This document shows positions 9,177-18,066 of a DNA stretch of 64,000 nt, in pieces; the stretch's first letter is position 1; each line of letters begins with the position of its first letter. Below the pieces are notes generated by a model. It saw only the letters and a list, made by a program, of their open reading frames with translations, did no database searches and was not told the DNA's origin. Both the position numbers and the translations under genes were made by a program. Origin of the DNA: Candidatus Cloacimonadota bacterium (GTDB lineage: Bacteria > Cloacimonadota > Cloacimonadia > JGIOTU-2); NCBI GenBank assembly GCA_049903315.1, contig JBNGBT010000003.1, positions 96,001-160,000 on the forward strand, in the 5' to 3' direction.

Positions 9177-10022
9177 TTAAATGACTGCTGTTTTATGCCG
9201 TGCTGCATGACATTGAATGTTCACTGCTACAGGCATTGAAGCAATGTGACAAGGTTTGTACATGATGGACACAGCGAGAGCAGTTGTTCTGCCACCGAAT
9301 CCCTGGGGACCGATCCCGAGCTTGTTCACTTTTTCCAGAATTTCCGCTTCTACTTTTGCCCATTTTTTTTCAGGATGAGATTCATTGAGGGGGCGGAGCA
9401 GTGATTTTTTGGCAAGAAGTGCACTCTGCTCAAAGTTCCCGCCAAGACCGACACCTACAACTATTGGAGGACAAGGATTTCCACCGGAACGTCTTACGCG
9501 GTCAACGACAAAATTCACCACGCCCTCGATGCCGTCCGCAGCTTTCATCATTTTCACTTCGCTCATGTTCTCGGAACCACCGCCTTTAGGTGCAACGGTG
9601 ATCTTTATTTTCTCGCCGGGCACAATATCAGTATAAATGAGTCCGGGAGTGTTATCTTTTGTGTTCACACGACCGATGATAGGGTCATCAACAAGAGACT
9701 TACGTAAATAGCCATCTTTATAACCCTGACGGATGCCTTCATGGATCGCTTCATAAAAATCTCCACCCACGAGATGAACATCCTGTCCGAGCTCGACAAA
9801 AACAACTGCCACACCGGTATCCTGGCAGGATGGCATTTTTTCTTTGGCTGCCAGTTCATAATTTTCCAGAAGGATAGCAAGCACTTCCTTTGCTGTTGGA
9901 GACTCTTCTTTTTCGTAAAATTCCTTGATCTTATCTAGCACATCTTCACCAATGTAATAGTTGGCATCGATACACAGTTTTTTGACAACAGGAATAATTT
10001 CTTTTACATCGATTTCTCTCAC
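9177..10022 (-). CDS. Class I Fe-S fumarate hydratase, alpha subunit
   Basis: CQDTG, KGGGSEN, NPCPP, GIGPQGFGG, CHIAS, QCHAARH. Confidence 0.92.
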   Translation of the reverse strand: MREIDVKEIIPVVKKLCIDANYYIGEDVLDKIKEFYEKEESPTAKEVLAILLENYELAAKEKMPSCQDTGVAVVFVELGQDVHLVGGDFYEAIHEGIRQGYKDGYLRKSLVDDPIIGRVNTKDNTPGLIYTDIVPGEKIKITVAPKGGGSENMSEVKMMKAADGIEGVVNFVVDRVRRSGGNPCPPIVVGVGLGGNFEQSALLAKKSLLRPLNESHPEKKWAKVEAEILEKVNKLGIGPQGFGGRTTALAVSIMYKPCHIASMPVAVNIQCHAARHKTAVI

Positions 10023-10031
10023 GAAAACTCC

Positions 10032-10901
10032 TTATGATAAAACTTCTATGGTTGCTTGTCCGATATCAGCAGGTGATTTGCAAACACGTACACTGGCCTG
10101 TTCAAGGGCGGTCATCTTTTCCTGAGCAGTACCCTTGCTGCCTGCAATGATAGCGCCTGCATGTCCCATCCGCTTTCCTTTGGGCGCGGTCTGCCCAGCG
10201 ATGAAAGCAACAACGGGTTTTTTCATATGATTTTTTATATAATGAGCTGCCTGGATTTCAAGGTCGCCACCGATCTCGCCTATGATAACCACCGCATGAG
10301 TTTCGGGATCGTCTTCAAAACGTTTCAGCAGATCGATAAATGTCGAGCCTATGATCGGGTCACCGCCGATACCGATGGCAGTAGTAACACCCAATCCTGC
10401 TTTCACAACCTGATTTGCAGCTTCGTAGGTTAGGGTGCCGGATTTCGATATGACACCGACATGCCCTTTTTTGAAAATACTTCCCGGCATAATGCCGATC
10501 TTTGCTTCACCTGCCGTGATGATGCCCGGACAGTTCGGTCCGATGAGTACTGAGCCCTTTTTTGTGACGTACATTTTTGCATACATAACATCAAGTGTGG
10601 GAATGCCTTCGGAAATACACACGATAACTTTAATGCCTGCATCGGCAGCTTCCATGATTGCATCTGCAGCAAAAGATGGCGGAACGAGAATGAGTGAGGT
10701 GTCAGCTCCGGTATGATCAACCGCATCTTTGACTGTGCTGAACACAGGTCTGCCAAGATGGATCTGACCTCCTTTACCGGGGGTTACACCACCAACTATA
10801 TTCGTGCCGTATTCAATACACTGCTCTGCATGAAAGGTAGCTTCTTTGCCCGTAAAACCCTGCACTATAACTTTCGAATTTTTATTTACTAATATTCCCA
10901 T
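10032..10901 (-). CDS. sucD: Succinyl-CoA synthetase alpha subunit
   Basis: [33 protein letters not shown]. Confidence 0.96.
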   Translation of the reverse strand: MGILVNKNSKVIVQGFTGKEATFHAEQCIEYGTNIVGGVTPGKGGQIHLGRPVFSTVKDAVDHTGADTSLILVPPSFAADAIMEAADAGIKVIVCISEGIPTLDVMYAKMYVTKKGSVLIGPNCPGIITAGEAKIGIMPGSIFKKGHVGVISKSGTLTYEAANQVVKAGLGVTTAIGIGGDPIIGSTFIDLLKRFEDDPETHAVVIIGEIGGDLEIQAAHYIKNHMKKPVVAFIAGQTAPKGKRMGHAGAIIAGSKGTAQEKMTALEQASVRVCKSPADIGQATIEVLS

Positions 10902-10903
10902 GA

Positions 10904-12073
10904 TCACACTCCCTTTGCCGCTTCAACTGCTTTTTGAGCTCCATCAGCGAGACTGCTGGCAGAAATAATATTTGGAATGTGTGCTTTTTGGAGAATTTCC
11001 TGCGCGATTTCAGCATTCGTTCCATCCAGCCGGACAATGACAGGAACAGAAACATTAGTCTCTTTTGCAGCATCGAGTATGCCGTTTGCAATCCTGTCAC
11101 AGCGAACGATCCCGCCGAAAATGTTCACAAAGATCGCTTTTACATTTTTATCTCTGAGAATGATTTCGAAGCCCTTTGCTACAGTTTCTGCCGAAGCATC
11201 TCCGCCGACATCGAGGAAATTTGCTGGTTCGCCGCCTTTGATTTTAATAATATCCATCGTGGACATCGCAAGCCCAGCGCCGTTTACCATGCATCCTACA
11301 TTGCCGTCGAGTTTGATGTAATTCAGGTTGAAATTACTCGCTTCCAGTTCAGTTGGTTCTTCTTCGGAAAGATCACGCATCTCAAGAATATCCGGATGTC
11401 TGAACAGGGCGTTATCATCAAAATTTATTTTTGCATCGAGTGCAATAAAGGTGTCATCATCTTTCAGTACAAGGGGATTAATTTCGATAAGACTCGCGTC
11501 TTTTTCTTTATAGAGTTTATACAAAGCACGGGCAAATTGTGCAAAATTACGGGATTGCAATTTATCCAACCCAAGCCCGTTCGCAAGCATCACACCATGA
11601 AAATTCCTAAAGCCGATCAGGGGATCGATGCGTACTTTAATTATCTTTTCCGGAGATTCCGCAGCGACTTTTTCGATTTCCATTCCGCCTTCGGTCGATA
11701 CGATCATCACAGGCATTTCTGATCCGCGGTCAAGCACCAGCCCAAGATAATATTCTTTCTTGATTGGTGCAACTTCTTCGATATAGATTTTCTGAACGAG
11801 TTTGCCTTTGGGACCTGTCTGGTGAGTGACCAATTTCATGCCCAGCATATTCTCTGCAATGGTTTTTACATCTTCAATCGAGGATGCGATTTTAACTCCG
11901 CCGCCCTTTCCTCTGCCGCCTGCATGCACTTGTGCTTTAACTACCCATTTTTTGCTGTCGATCTCTCGGGCTGCTTCTATTGCTTGCTCAGGAGTCTCGG
12001 CCATCGTGCCGTGTGGGATTGTCACACCATAATGTTTGAAAAGCTGTTTCGCTTGATATTCATGAATATTCAT
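10904..12073 (-). CDS. sucC: Succinyl-CoA synthetase beta subunit
   Basis: [41 protein letters not shown]. Confidence 0.96.
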   Translation of the reverse strand: MNIHEYQAKQLFKHYGVTIPHGTMAETPEQAIEAAREIDSKKWVVKAQVHAGGRGKGGGVKIASSIEDVKTIAENMLGMKLVTHQTGPKGKLVQKIYIEEVAPIKKEYYLGLVLDRGSEMPVMIVSTEGGMEIEKVAAESPEKIIKVRIDPLIGFRNFHGVMLANGLGLDKLQSRNFAQFARALYKLYKEKDASLIEINPLVLKDDDTFIALDAKINFDDNALFRHPDILEMRDLSEEEPTELEASNFNLNYIKLDGNVGCMVNGAGLAMSTMDIIKIKGGEPANFLDVGGDASAETVAKGFEIILRDKNVKAIFVNIFGGIVRCDRIANGILDAAKETNVSVPVIVRLDGTNAEIAQEILQKAHIPNIISASSLADGAQKAVEAAKGV

Positions 12074-12267
12074 ATGATTTTATCAATCTAAAAAATTTAG
12101 TGTGCTCGTAAGAACACGGCATGTTGCTTGTCAAGTGAAATCGGATTTTTCTCGAAAATTTTGGGGAATTTGTTTATTTGCAATTAATTGAGATAAAGTT
12201 CAAGCTTATATATAGTGTAAAAGAGTAATAATTTTTGCAATTTAATTACGGCGTTAAATCCCAATAT

Positions 12268-12299
12268 AAAAAAAGAGACGCACTCTCGTACGTCTCTTT
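12268..12299 (-). terminator. Rho-independent terminator of the carboxypeptidase gene
   Basis: AAAGAGACG...CGTCTCTTT stem with an A run on the left, i.e. a U tract on the minus strand. Confidence 0.7.
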
Positions 12300-12322
12300 A
12301 TGTATAAGTAGCTCGCGTTGAG

Positions 12323-14818
12323 TTACTTCATTAAAACCATCTTTTTAATTGTTTCATTCTTCTCAGTTGAGAGCTTATAAAAATACACGCCAGAGGGTAC
12401 ATCATTTCCCTTGGTATCCCAGACGATATTTCTGCTTAAAATGTCTTCGGGAGTTAATTCAATACGATCTACAAGCTGACCAAGAAGATTATAAATTGAT
12501 ATTTCTGCATGTTCTGTATTGGAAGGAAGTGAGAAAGCAAACTGTGTTGAATGTCTGAATGGATTCGGGTAGTTCTGATAGAGAGCAAAGGTATTTTGTG
12601 GAGCTGGGTCATCGTTTGAGTAATTATTCTCAAATTTATAAATCTTGAAATCATCAATATAAATACCGTCATCAGTTACATATGTATCAGTATCAAATTT
12701 GAATCTGAAATATACTGTTTGCCCGAGGTAATTAATAAGATCAAACGATTGAGTTTCCCAGGAAGTATGACTCCCTGTGTAGCTCTCGAGATCGGTCCAG
12801 TTTGTGCCATTGGTGGAGATCTGGAAATACGCAAAATCATAACCGGATTCTATAGAATATTTTGTCATAAACTCGACATGTGCAGATAGAGCGCTTGTTA
12901 GATCAATCGTTTCATTCAGAGTTGCGTAGGAGAGTTCATTGTTGCCATATTCTCCATCCGGACTGTCCGCAAGTGAGAATAAGCCGCTATAACTTTGCGT
13001 GGTGCTCAAACCCCAATCACCTGTAGTGTTCCATTTTCCTGAACCGAGTTCAAGATCATCAATAAAGAAGGGCTCAACCATGACGAATGTGTAGGTGTTT
13101 ACGAATTGCGATACGTCCATGACATAGGTAAAAGTGCCGTATGAAGTGGCAGTGATCTCTACTTCGTAACTGCCAAAGGGAACATTATCGATCTGGGCGT
13201 AGCCCGTTGTATTTGTCGCAACTGTGTCCAGCGGGGTGTCAAGCACACAAATATCTGCATTTGGGATCGCAAAGCCGTCCTCATTTTTGAGGTTGATATG
13301 AACATTGACCGTTGCTGCAGGGATAAGCTCAACATCGAGTTCTGTTTGAAAACCAGTAACGACCTGCACATCCTCGATCGTTTTCGGAATGTAACCGAAG
13401 GCAGAGAATGTGAGATCATACATTCCAGGGAGTAGAATTCTGTAATAACGTCCGAAATCAGGTCCGCTCATGTATGGTTCGACCTCAGTTCCTGTATCAT
13501 CAATGCTGTGGACAAAAACCTCAGCATCGAGAAAATCACCGGACAGACTGTCAGTAATATTACCTGTGATAACTCGGTCAAAAATTCTATCGATGAGTAT
13601 CAATCCTGCAGAAAGGTTATTATTAATGATTGAATTCATTGTTGTTGCACTGGGGATGAAACTTGTGCCGAGTTCTGTAATAAAATAAAAAATTCTTTCT
13701 ACACCATACCCATAATCGGTTGTGGTTCCCGAGCATGGATAGAGAGCATTTGTCTGCTGGGGAGTGTAGTGTCCACCATATTGAGACGGAACTGTCACAG
13801 CCATTTCCTGACCGAGATTTGCTAGAGCGCTCTGGTCGGGTGCCTGGCATGTCATACTGAAGCCAAGAGGCCACATTATGAGTTCGCTATAACTGTGGTA
13901 AGACATACCCAGATCAAACCTGTATTGCGCAAGAAGGTTTCTCAATGCACTGGTTTCAGGCTCAGAGAAAGGTTCTGGACCGCAGTATGTTTCACCGGTA
14001 GGTCCGCTTGTTCCTTCTCCACCAAACCACTCAAGTGGTCCGTAATTCCTGTTGCAGTCAACCCCATCAGGATATTGATAACCGCCCCAGGTGATCTGGC
14101 CGTTAAGATCATTATCTCTAATATTTTTTCTCCACGAAGTATCATCCTGACTGATCACGATCTTATGACCATCGGGATTAACAAGTGGGACGAACCAAAT
14201 CTGTGCATTATCAATCCAGAAAGTCACATCCGGGTCAGTGCCGTAGTTATCCACGAGGTAGTTCAGGATAAGCATTGTCAATTCCATACCAATGGGTTCA
14301 CGGGCATGGTGTCCGCCATCAAAAATAATATTGGGTTCATCTTCGTTGGATGTGACATTATCCGAAAGTTTAAGGCACCATATATCGTGCTGATAATCAT
14401 CATAATTTGTATTACCCCATGTGGAATAATACTTTCCTCGAGATTCGCCGATTGTGGTAAGAGTAATAAGACCTGGATTGCTGAAGGCAAGCTGGAGAAG
14501 CTCTGTTTTCATGTCATCGTAAGTGCGGTAGCCGTAAATATCTTTTGCCCTTGTGACGATATTTTCTTTCATTTTTGTTTCGGAATCCACAATGCGGAAG
14601 CGGTAACCAAGTTTGGAAATTTCAGGAAGTCTTTCCTCGTGGATGAAAATATCAATATATTTTTCCGGGAAATATGATGCGATATCATAATCGTTTTCCA
14701 AAAAGTATGAAGCGATTGCTCTCCCCGGGTTGTCAATACGGATTATAACTTTCTCGGCAAGAAGGGGAACAGAAAACAGGAGGGTAAAAACTAAAAGTGT
14801 AAAAATTGTCTTTTTCAT
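12323..14818 (-). CDS. Secreted M14 zinc carboxypeptidase with regulatory-like Ig domains, a jelly-roll domain and a C-terminal sorting (T9SS/FlgD-like) domain
   Basis: Signal peptide MKKTIF...; HHARE, NPDG, GVDCNRN, FSEPE, SYHSYSE; C-terminus QNYPNPF...IYNLLGQLV...SGVYFYKL...KKMVLMK. Confidence 0.88.
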   Translation of the reverse strand: MKKTIFTLLVFTLLFSVPLLAEKVIIRIDNPGRAIASYFLENDYDIASYFPEKYIDIFIHEERLPEISKLGYRFRIVDSETKMKENIVTRAKDIYGYRTYDDMKTELLQLAFSNPGLITLTTIGESRGKYYSTWGNTNYDDYQHDIWCLKLSDNVTSNEDEPNIIFDGGHHAREPIGMELTMLILNYLVDNYGTDPDVTFWIDNAQIWFVPLVNPDGHKIVISQDDTSWRKNIRDNDLNGQITWGGYQYPDGVDCNRNYGPLEWFGGEGTSGPTGETYCGPEPFSEPETSALRNLLAQYRFDLGMSYHSYSELIMWPLGFSMTCQAPDQSALANLGQEMAVTVPSQYGGHYTPQQTNALYPCSGTTTDYGYGVERIFYFITELGTSFIPSATTMNSIINNNLSAGLILIDRIFDRVITGNITDSLSGDFLDAEVFVHSIDDTGTEVEPYMSGPDFGRYYRILLPGMYDLTFSAFGYIPKTIEDVQVVTGFQTELDVELIPAATVNVHINLKNEDGFAIPNADICVLDTPLDTVATNTTGYAQIDNVPFGSYEVEITATSYGTFTYVMDVSQFVNTYTFVMVEPFFIDDLELGSGKWNTTGDWGLSTTQSYSGLFSLADSPDGEYGNNELSYATLNETIDLTSALSAHVEFMTKYSIESGYDFAYFQISTNGTNWTDLESYTGSHTSWETQSFDLINYLGQTVYFRFKFDTDTYVTDDGIYIDDFKIYKFENNYSNDDPAPQNTFALYQNYPNPFRHSTQFAFSLPSNTEHAEISIYNLLGQLVDRIELTPEDILSRNIVWDTKGNDVPSGVYFYKLSTEKNETIKKMVLMK

Positions 14819-14961
14819 ATCTATGTCTCCGATCATTTTTTCTTCTATGAATATAATTTATAGTGAAATTTTGCAATGGCAATTTATTGTCAAATTTATT
14901 TGAATAAACTTTCGGGGGGTTTCAATTGACAAAAAATTTGAACAATTTTCTTTCTATGCTC

Positions 14962-15939
14962 ATGAAAAAGAAGGCATTGGTAACCGGAGCAAATGGATTT
15001 GTCGGCAGTAATCTTGTACGCGGGTTGCTGAAAAAAGGTTATCACGTTACCTGCATGGTAAGGCGTACGTCGAATCTCAGCTCGATCGATGGGCTTTCCG
15101 TATCATATAAATATGTGGACTATAACTCAATTCCTTCATTGCAGGAGGCATGTAAAGATCAGCAAATTGTTTTTCATATTGCTGCAAAAGTGCGGGAACT
15201 CACAGAAAAGCGATATTTTAATGCCAATGTAGAAGTAACAAGAAAACTACTCGAAGCAGTAAAAGGGAGTAGCGTTGAAAAATTCAATTTTCTAAGCACC
15301 CAAGCTGCCGCAGGACCTGCTCGAGGACTCAAACCCAAAAAAGAAACCTGTGAGTGTAATCCTATTTCATATTACGGGAAAAGTAAACTTGCAGCAGAAG
15401 AATTAGTTCGCGAAGAATGCCCGGTTCCATGGATCATTATTCGTCCTCCAAGCGTATATGGGCCGTACGACAGAGACTTTTTACAATATTTTAAACTCGT
15501 GAATAAACATCTCGCTCCGCTGGCTGGTTTCAAGAAAAAATATCTCAGTCTTGTCTATGTGGAAGATCTTGTGCGGATGATACTCCTTGCTGCAGAAAGC
15601 AAGCCTGCGCACAACCAAACGTTTTTTGCTGGAGATGGAAATATTTATAAACTTGAGAATTTTATTGATGCAGTAAAAAAAGCAATGGGGAAAAAAGTAA
15701 TAAATTTACACATACCGATTTTCCTAAGCTATCTTCTCGCACTTTTCAATGAAGGAATGAAACACTTCACAAAAAAGCAAGCAATAATAAATGTTCAGAA
15801 GGTCAAAGAAATGAAACAGTGCCATTGGCTTTGCAGTATTGAAAAAGCACAAAAATTACTCAATTACCAACCACATCATTCTCTGCAAGAGGGAGTGAAT
15901 GAAACCTATCAATGGTATAAGGAACATAAATGGTTATGA
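14962..15939 (+). CDS. NAD-dependent epimerase/dehydratase (extended SDR)
   Basis: LVTGANGFVG, YGKSK, RPPSVYGP. Confidence 0.88.
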   Translation: MKKKALVTGANGFVGSNLVRGLLKKGYHVTCMVRRTSNLSSIDGLSVSYKYVDYNSIPSLQEACKDQQIVFHIAAKVRELTEKRYFNANVEVTRKLLEAVKGSSVEKFNFLSTQAAAGPARGLKPKKETCECNPISYYGKSKLAAEELVREECPVPWIIIRPPSVYGPYDRDFLQYFKLVNKHLAPLAGFKKKYLSLVYVEDLVRMILLAAESKPAHNQTFFAGDGNIYKLENFIDAVKKAMGKKVINLHIPIFLSYLLALFNEGMKHFTKKQAIINVQKVKEMKQCHWLCSIEKAQKLLNYQPHHSLQEGVNETYQWYKEHKWL

Positions 15940-17726
15940 AAAAATATATTTTAGTGCTTCTTTCAGTATTTCTTATGAGCATACTTCATGCGCAGAAAGC
16001 CGGTCCTTCAAAAGAAAAACTTATTTATAAACCGGACTCACTCCTTATTGATTCACTTGCCACTGTGATAACTGAACCAGAATTGGACACAAGCATAGTA
16101 GTGATGCCGATCGAGGAGCTGGAAGAATATATAGTTTCTTTGCAGGACACTTTTTTTTCTTATGAAGCAAAATCATTTCTGACCGATGAGTATTACTCTT
16201 TTGGGAATTCGCATTATGTAGTACCCGACCACAATGGTTCGATTGGAATATTAGGATCTAAACTGGATAATATCACGCAGCCCAAAGATCTGTTTTATCC
16301 TTTAATGAATTATTATGTGCTTCAAAATGATGATGGCAGAGATGAGCTCACTCCTTTGAACAATTCATTCCGGGCACTCTTAACTGATGTGCAATATTCG
16401 AATGGCGACTTCAATAATGAGAACAAGAGCATCGGTTTCATCAAGAATGAATTTGCCAACATAATTGATTTTCAGCTCTATTCTCAAAGCGGAGAGCATA
16501 CGAGCCCGTGGGGAAATAAATGCTACTTTGATAATTTTGTCTTTCAATTGCATAAAAATATTCTCACGGAATCTTACACAACGCATCGATTTAATTACAA
16601 TTTCATTAAATTATTCTCGGCCAAGGAAACATATAATGTATTCAATCCGGATTACGGAATTTCTCCTGATGCGCAGTATTTTCAAAAAAATGAAACGATC
16701 ATTAATCAATTTGATGCCTTCCTTTTCGATGAAATCCTTCATTTTTCCTACCTGAACCAGTACGGCAAAGAGCATATTTATAGTAATTCCGCACACAGAC
16801 CAAAAAATACGATCATGCGCCATCAGTTCAACATCGGTATAGATCTTCCGCTTGAGGAATATGCAACGGAGATTTTACTCCGCGCAGATTTGCAGGGCAT
16901 TGACCACTTTTACTGGAAAGGATTTCTGCATGATTATCTCATACATGTTTCTATGAATTCACCCGGCATTTTTGCGGATTTCTACTCAATAAAAATCATC
17001 AATGATGTGATATTTTCTGAAAAGCCGGATACGGTTTTCATTATGCCGGAGCTTGTTTTTGATATTCCGATCACGGAAAAGATCAATTCCGAGCTGTCTG
17101 TAGGTGCTCGAAGAAAAGAGAATAATTTCTATTATAATGGAGTGTATGCACTTGATAATAGAACGAAAGTAATTTTCAGCAATGCAGAAATTTCCTACTC
17201 AAATGAAAATACGAAGATTTCTCTTAATGCATTTTATGATGAGATCAGAAATGACGGGCAATGGATCTTATCCAATGATCAGAGTTCGTCTGCATATGAG
17301 AGTCTTGATGATTTCAAACTATTTGGGGTAGGTGCTGATACCGAACTTCATTCAAAAATATTAGGAATAGATAATACATACAACTTATCCGCCACCTATA
17401 CACATTGCCCTGATGATATTGTAAACTACCCTTCATATAAAGCGAAATTCCAATGGAAAAACAAGAAGCAGCTCCCTCATATGAATTTTATATTTCTTAA
17501 TGCCGAAGCATCCTATCTTGGCAGTTTTCTCGATATTACTGGAAATAAAGTCGATCATCAACTCTTTTGTTCTACTGAGGTCGGCGTGAGTATTAAACGG
17601 TTTTTGCTCTATTTGAAATTGACAAACATATTCAATATTCTTGACTCAAATTATTTCATGTACACACTCAATGAAGTAAATCCATTTGGTATCGCTTTTG
17701 GTGTGCAATGGAATTTCATAAATTAA
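15936..17726 (+). CDS. Putative outer-membrane beta-barrel protein, function unknown
   Basis: Signal peptide; aromatic/alternating strands; C-terminal FGVQWNFIN. Confidence 0.55.
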   Translation: MKKYILVLLSVFLMSILHAQKAGPSKEKLIYKPDSLLIDSLATVITEPELDTSIVVMPIEELEEYIVSLQDTFFSYEAKSFLTDEYYSFGNSHYVVPDHNGSIGILGSKLDNITQPKDLFYPLMNYYVLQNDDGRDELTPLNNSFRALLTDVQYSNGDFNNENKSIGFIKNEFANIIDFQLYSQSGEHTSPWGNKCYFDNFVFQLHKNILTESYTTHRFNYNFIKLFSAKETYNVFNPDYGISPDAQYFQKNETIINQFDAFLFDEILHFSYLNQYGKEHIYSNSAHRPKNTIMRHQFNIGIDLPLEEYATEILLRADLQGIDHFYWKGFLHDYLIHVSMNSPGIFADFYSIKIINDVIFSEKPDTVFIMPELVFDIPITEKINSELSVGARRKENNFYYNGVYALDNRTKVIFSNAEISYSNENTKISLNAFYDEIRNDGQWILSNDQSSSAYESLDDFKLFGVGADTELHSKILGIDNTYNLSATYTHCPDDIVNYPSYKAKFQWKNKKQLPHMNFIFLNAEASYLGSFLDITGNKVDHQLFCSTEVGVSIKRFLLYLKLTNIFNILDSNYFMYTLNEVNPFGIAFGVQWNFIN

Positions 17727-17733
17727 ATGCGGA

Positions 17734-17828
17734 ACCACGAAACACACGAAATGCACGAAAAAATAGAGTGTGAGTAAAGATTTAAAAACTAAAAATCTAT
17801 GTTCGTGTTTTTTAGTGCTTTTCGTGCT
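17734..17828. repeat. Inverted array of 9-bp repeats (CACGAAA x3 ... TTCGTG)
   Basis: ACCACGAAA-CACACGAAA-TGCACGAAA followed by TTCGTGTTT-TTTAGTGCT-TTTCGTGCT. Confidence 0.7.
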
Positions 17829-17854
17829 AAGAATATTCTGATTACGGAGTGTCT

Positions 17855-18046
17855 ATGGAATGTAAAAAAACTGTAAATATGCACATGTGCAATTGCACCT
17901 ATCCATGCGATAAAAAGGGTATGTGCTGCGAGTGCATTGCATATCACAGAAAAAGGGGAGAGCTCCCAGCCTGTTATTTTACTGAAGCTCAGGAGAAAAC
18001 GTATGACAGAAGTATTGAATATTTTATTCAAGTAAACACACGGTAA
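17855..18046 (+). CDS. Small cysteine-rich protein (DUF6485-like)
   Basis: [31 protein letters not shown]...EKTYDRS; GGAG upstream of ATG 17855. Confidence 0.75.
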   Translation: MECKKTVNMHMCNCTYPCDKKGMCCECIAYHRKRGELPACYFTEAQEKTYDRSIEYFIQVNTR

Positions 18047-18066
18047 TGAACAAGAGGAGGCAACTC

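Noticed and set aside
2651..14677. Long antisense ORFs (e.g. 2651-3280, 10934-11722, 13895-14677)
   Set aside because: Shadows of well-supported opposite-strand genes, with no recognisable motifs.
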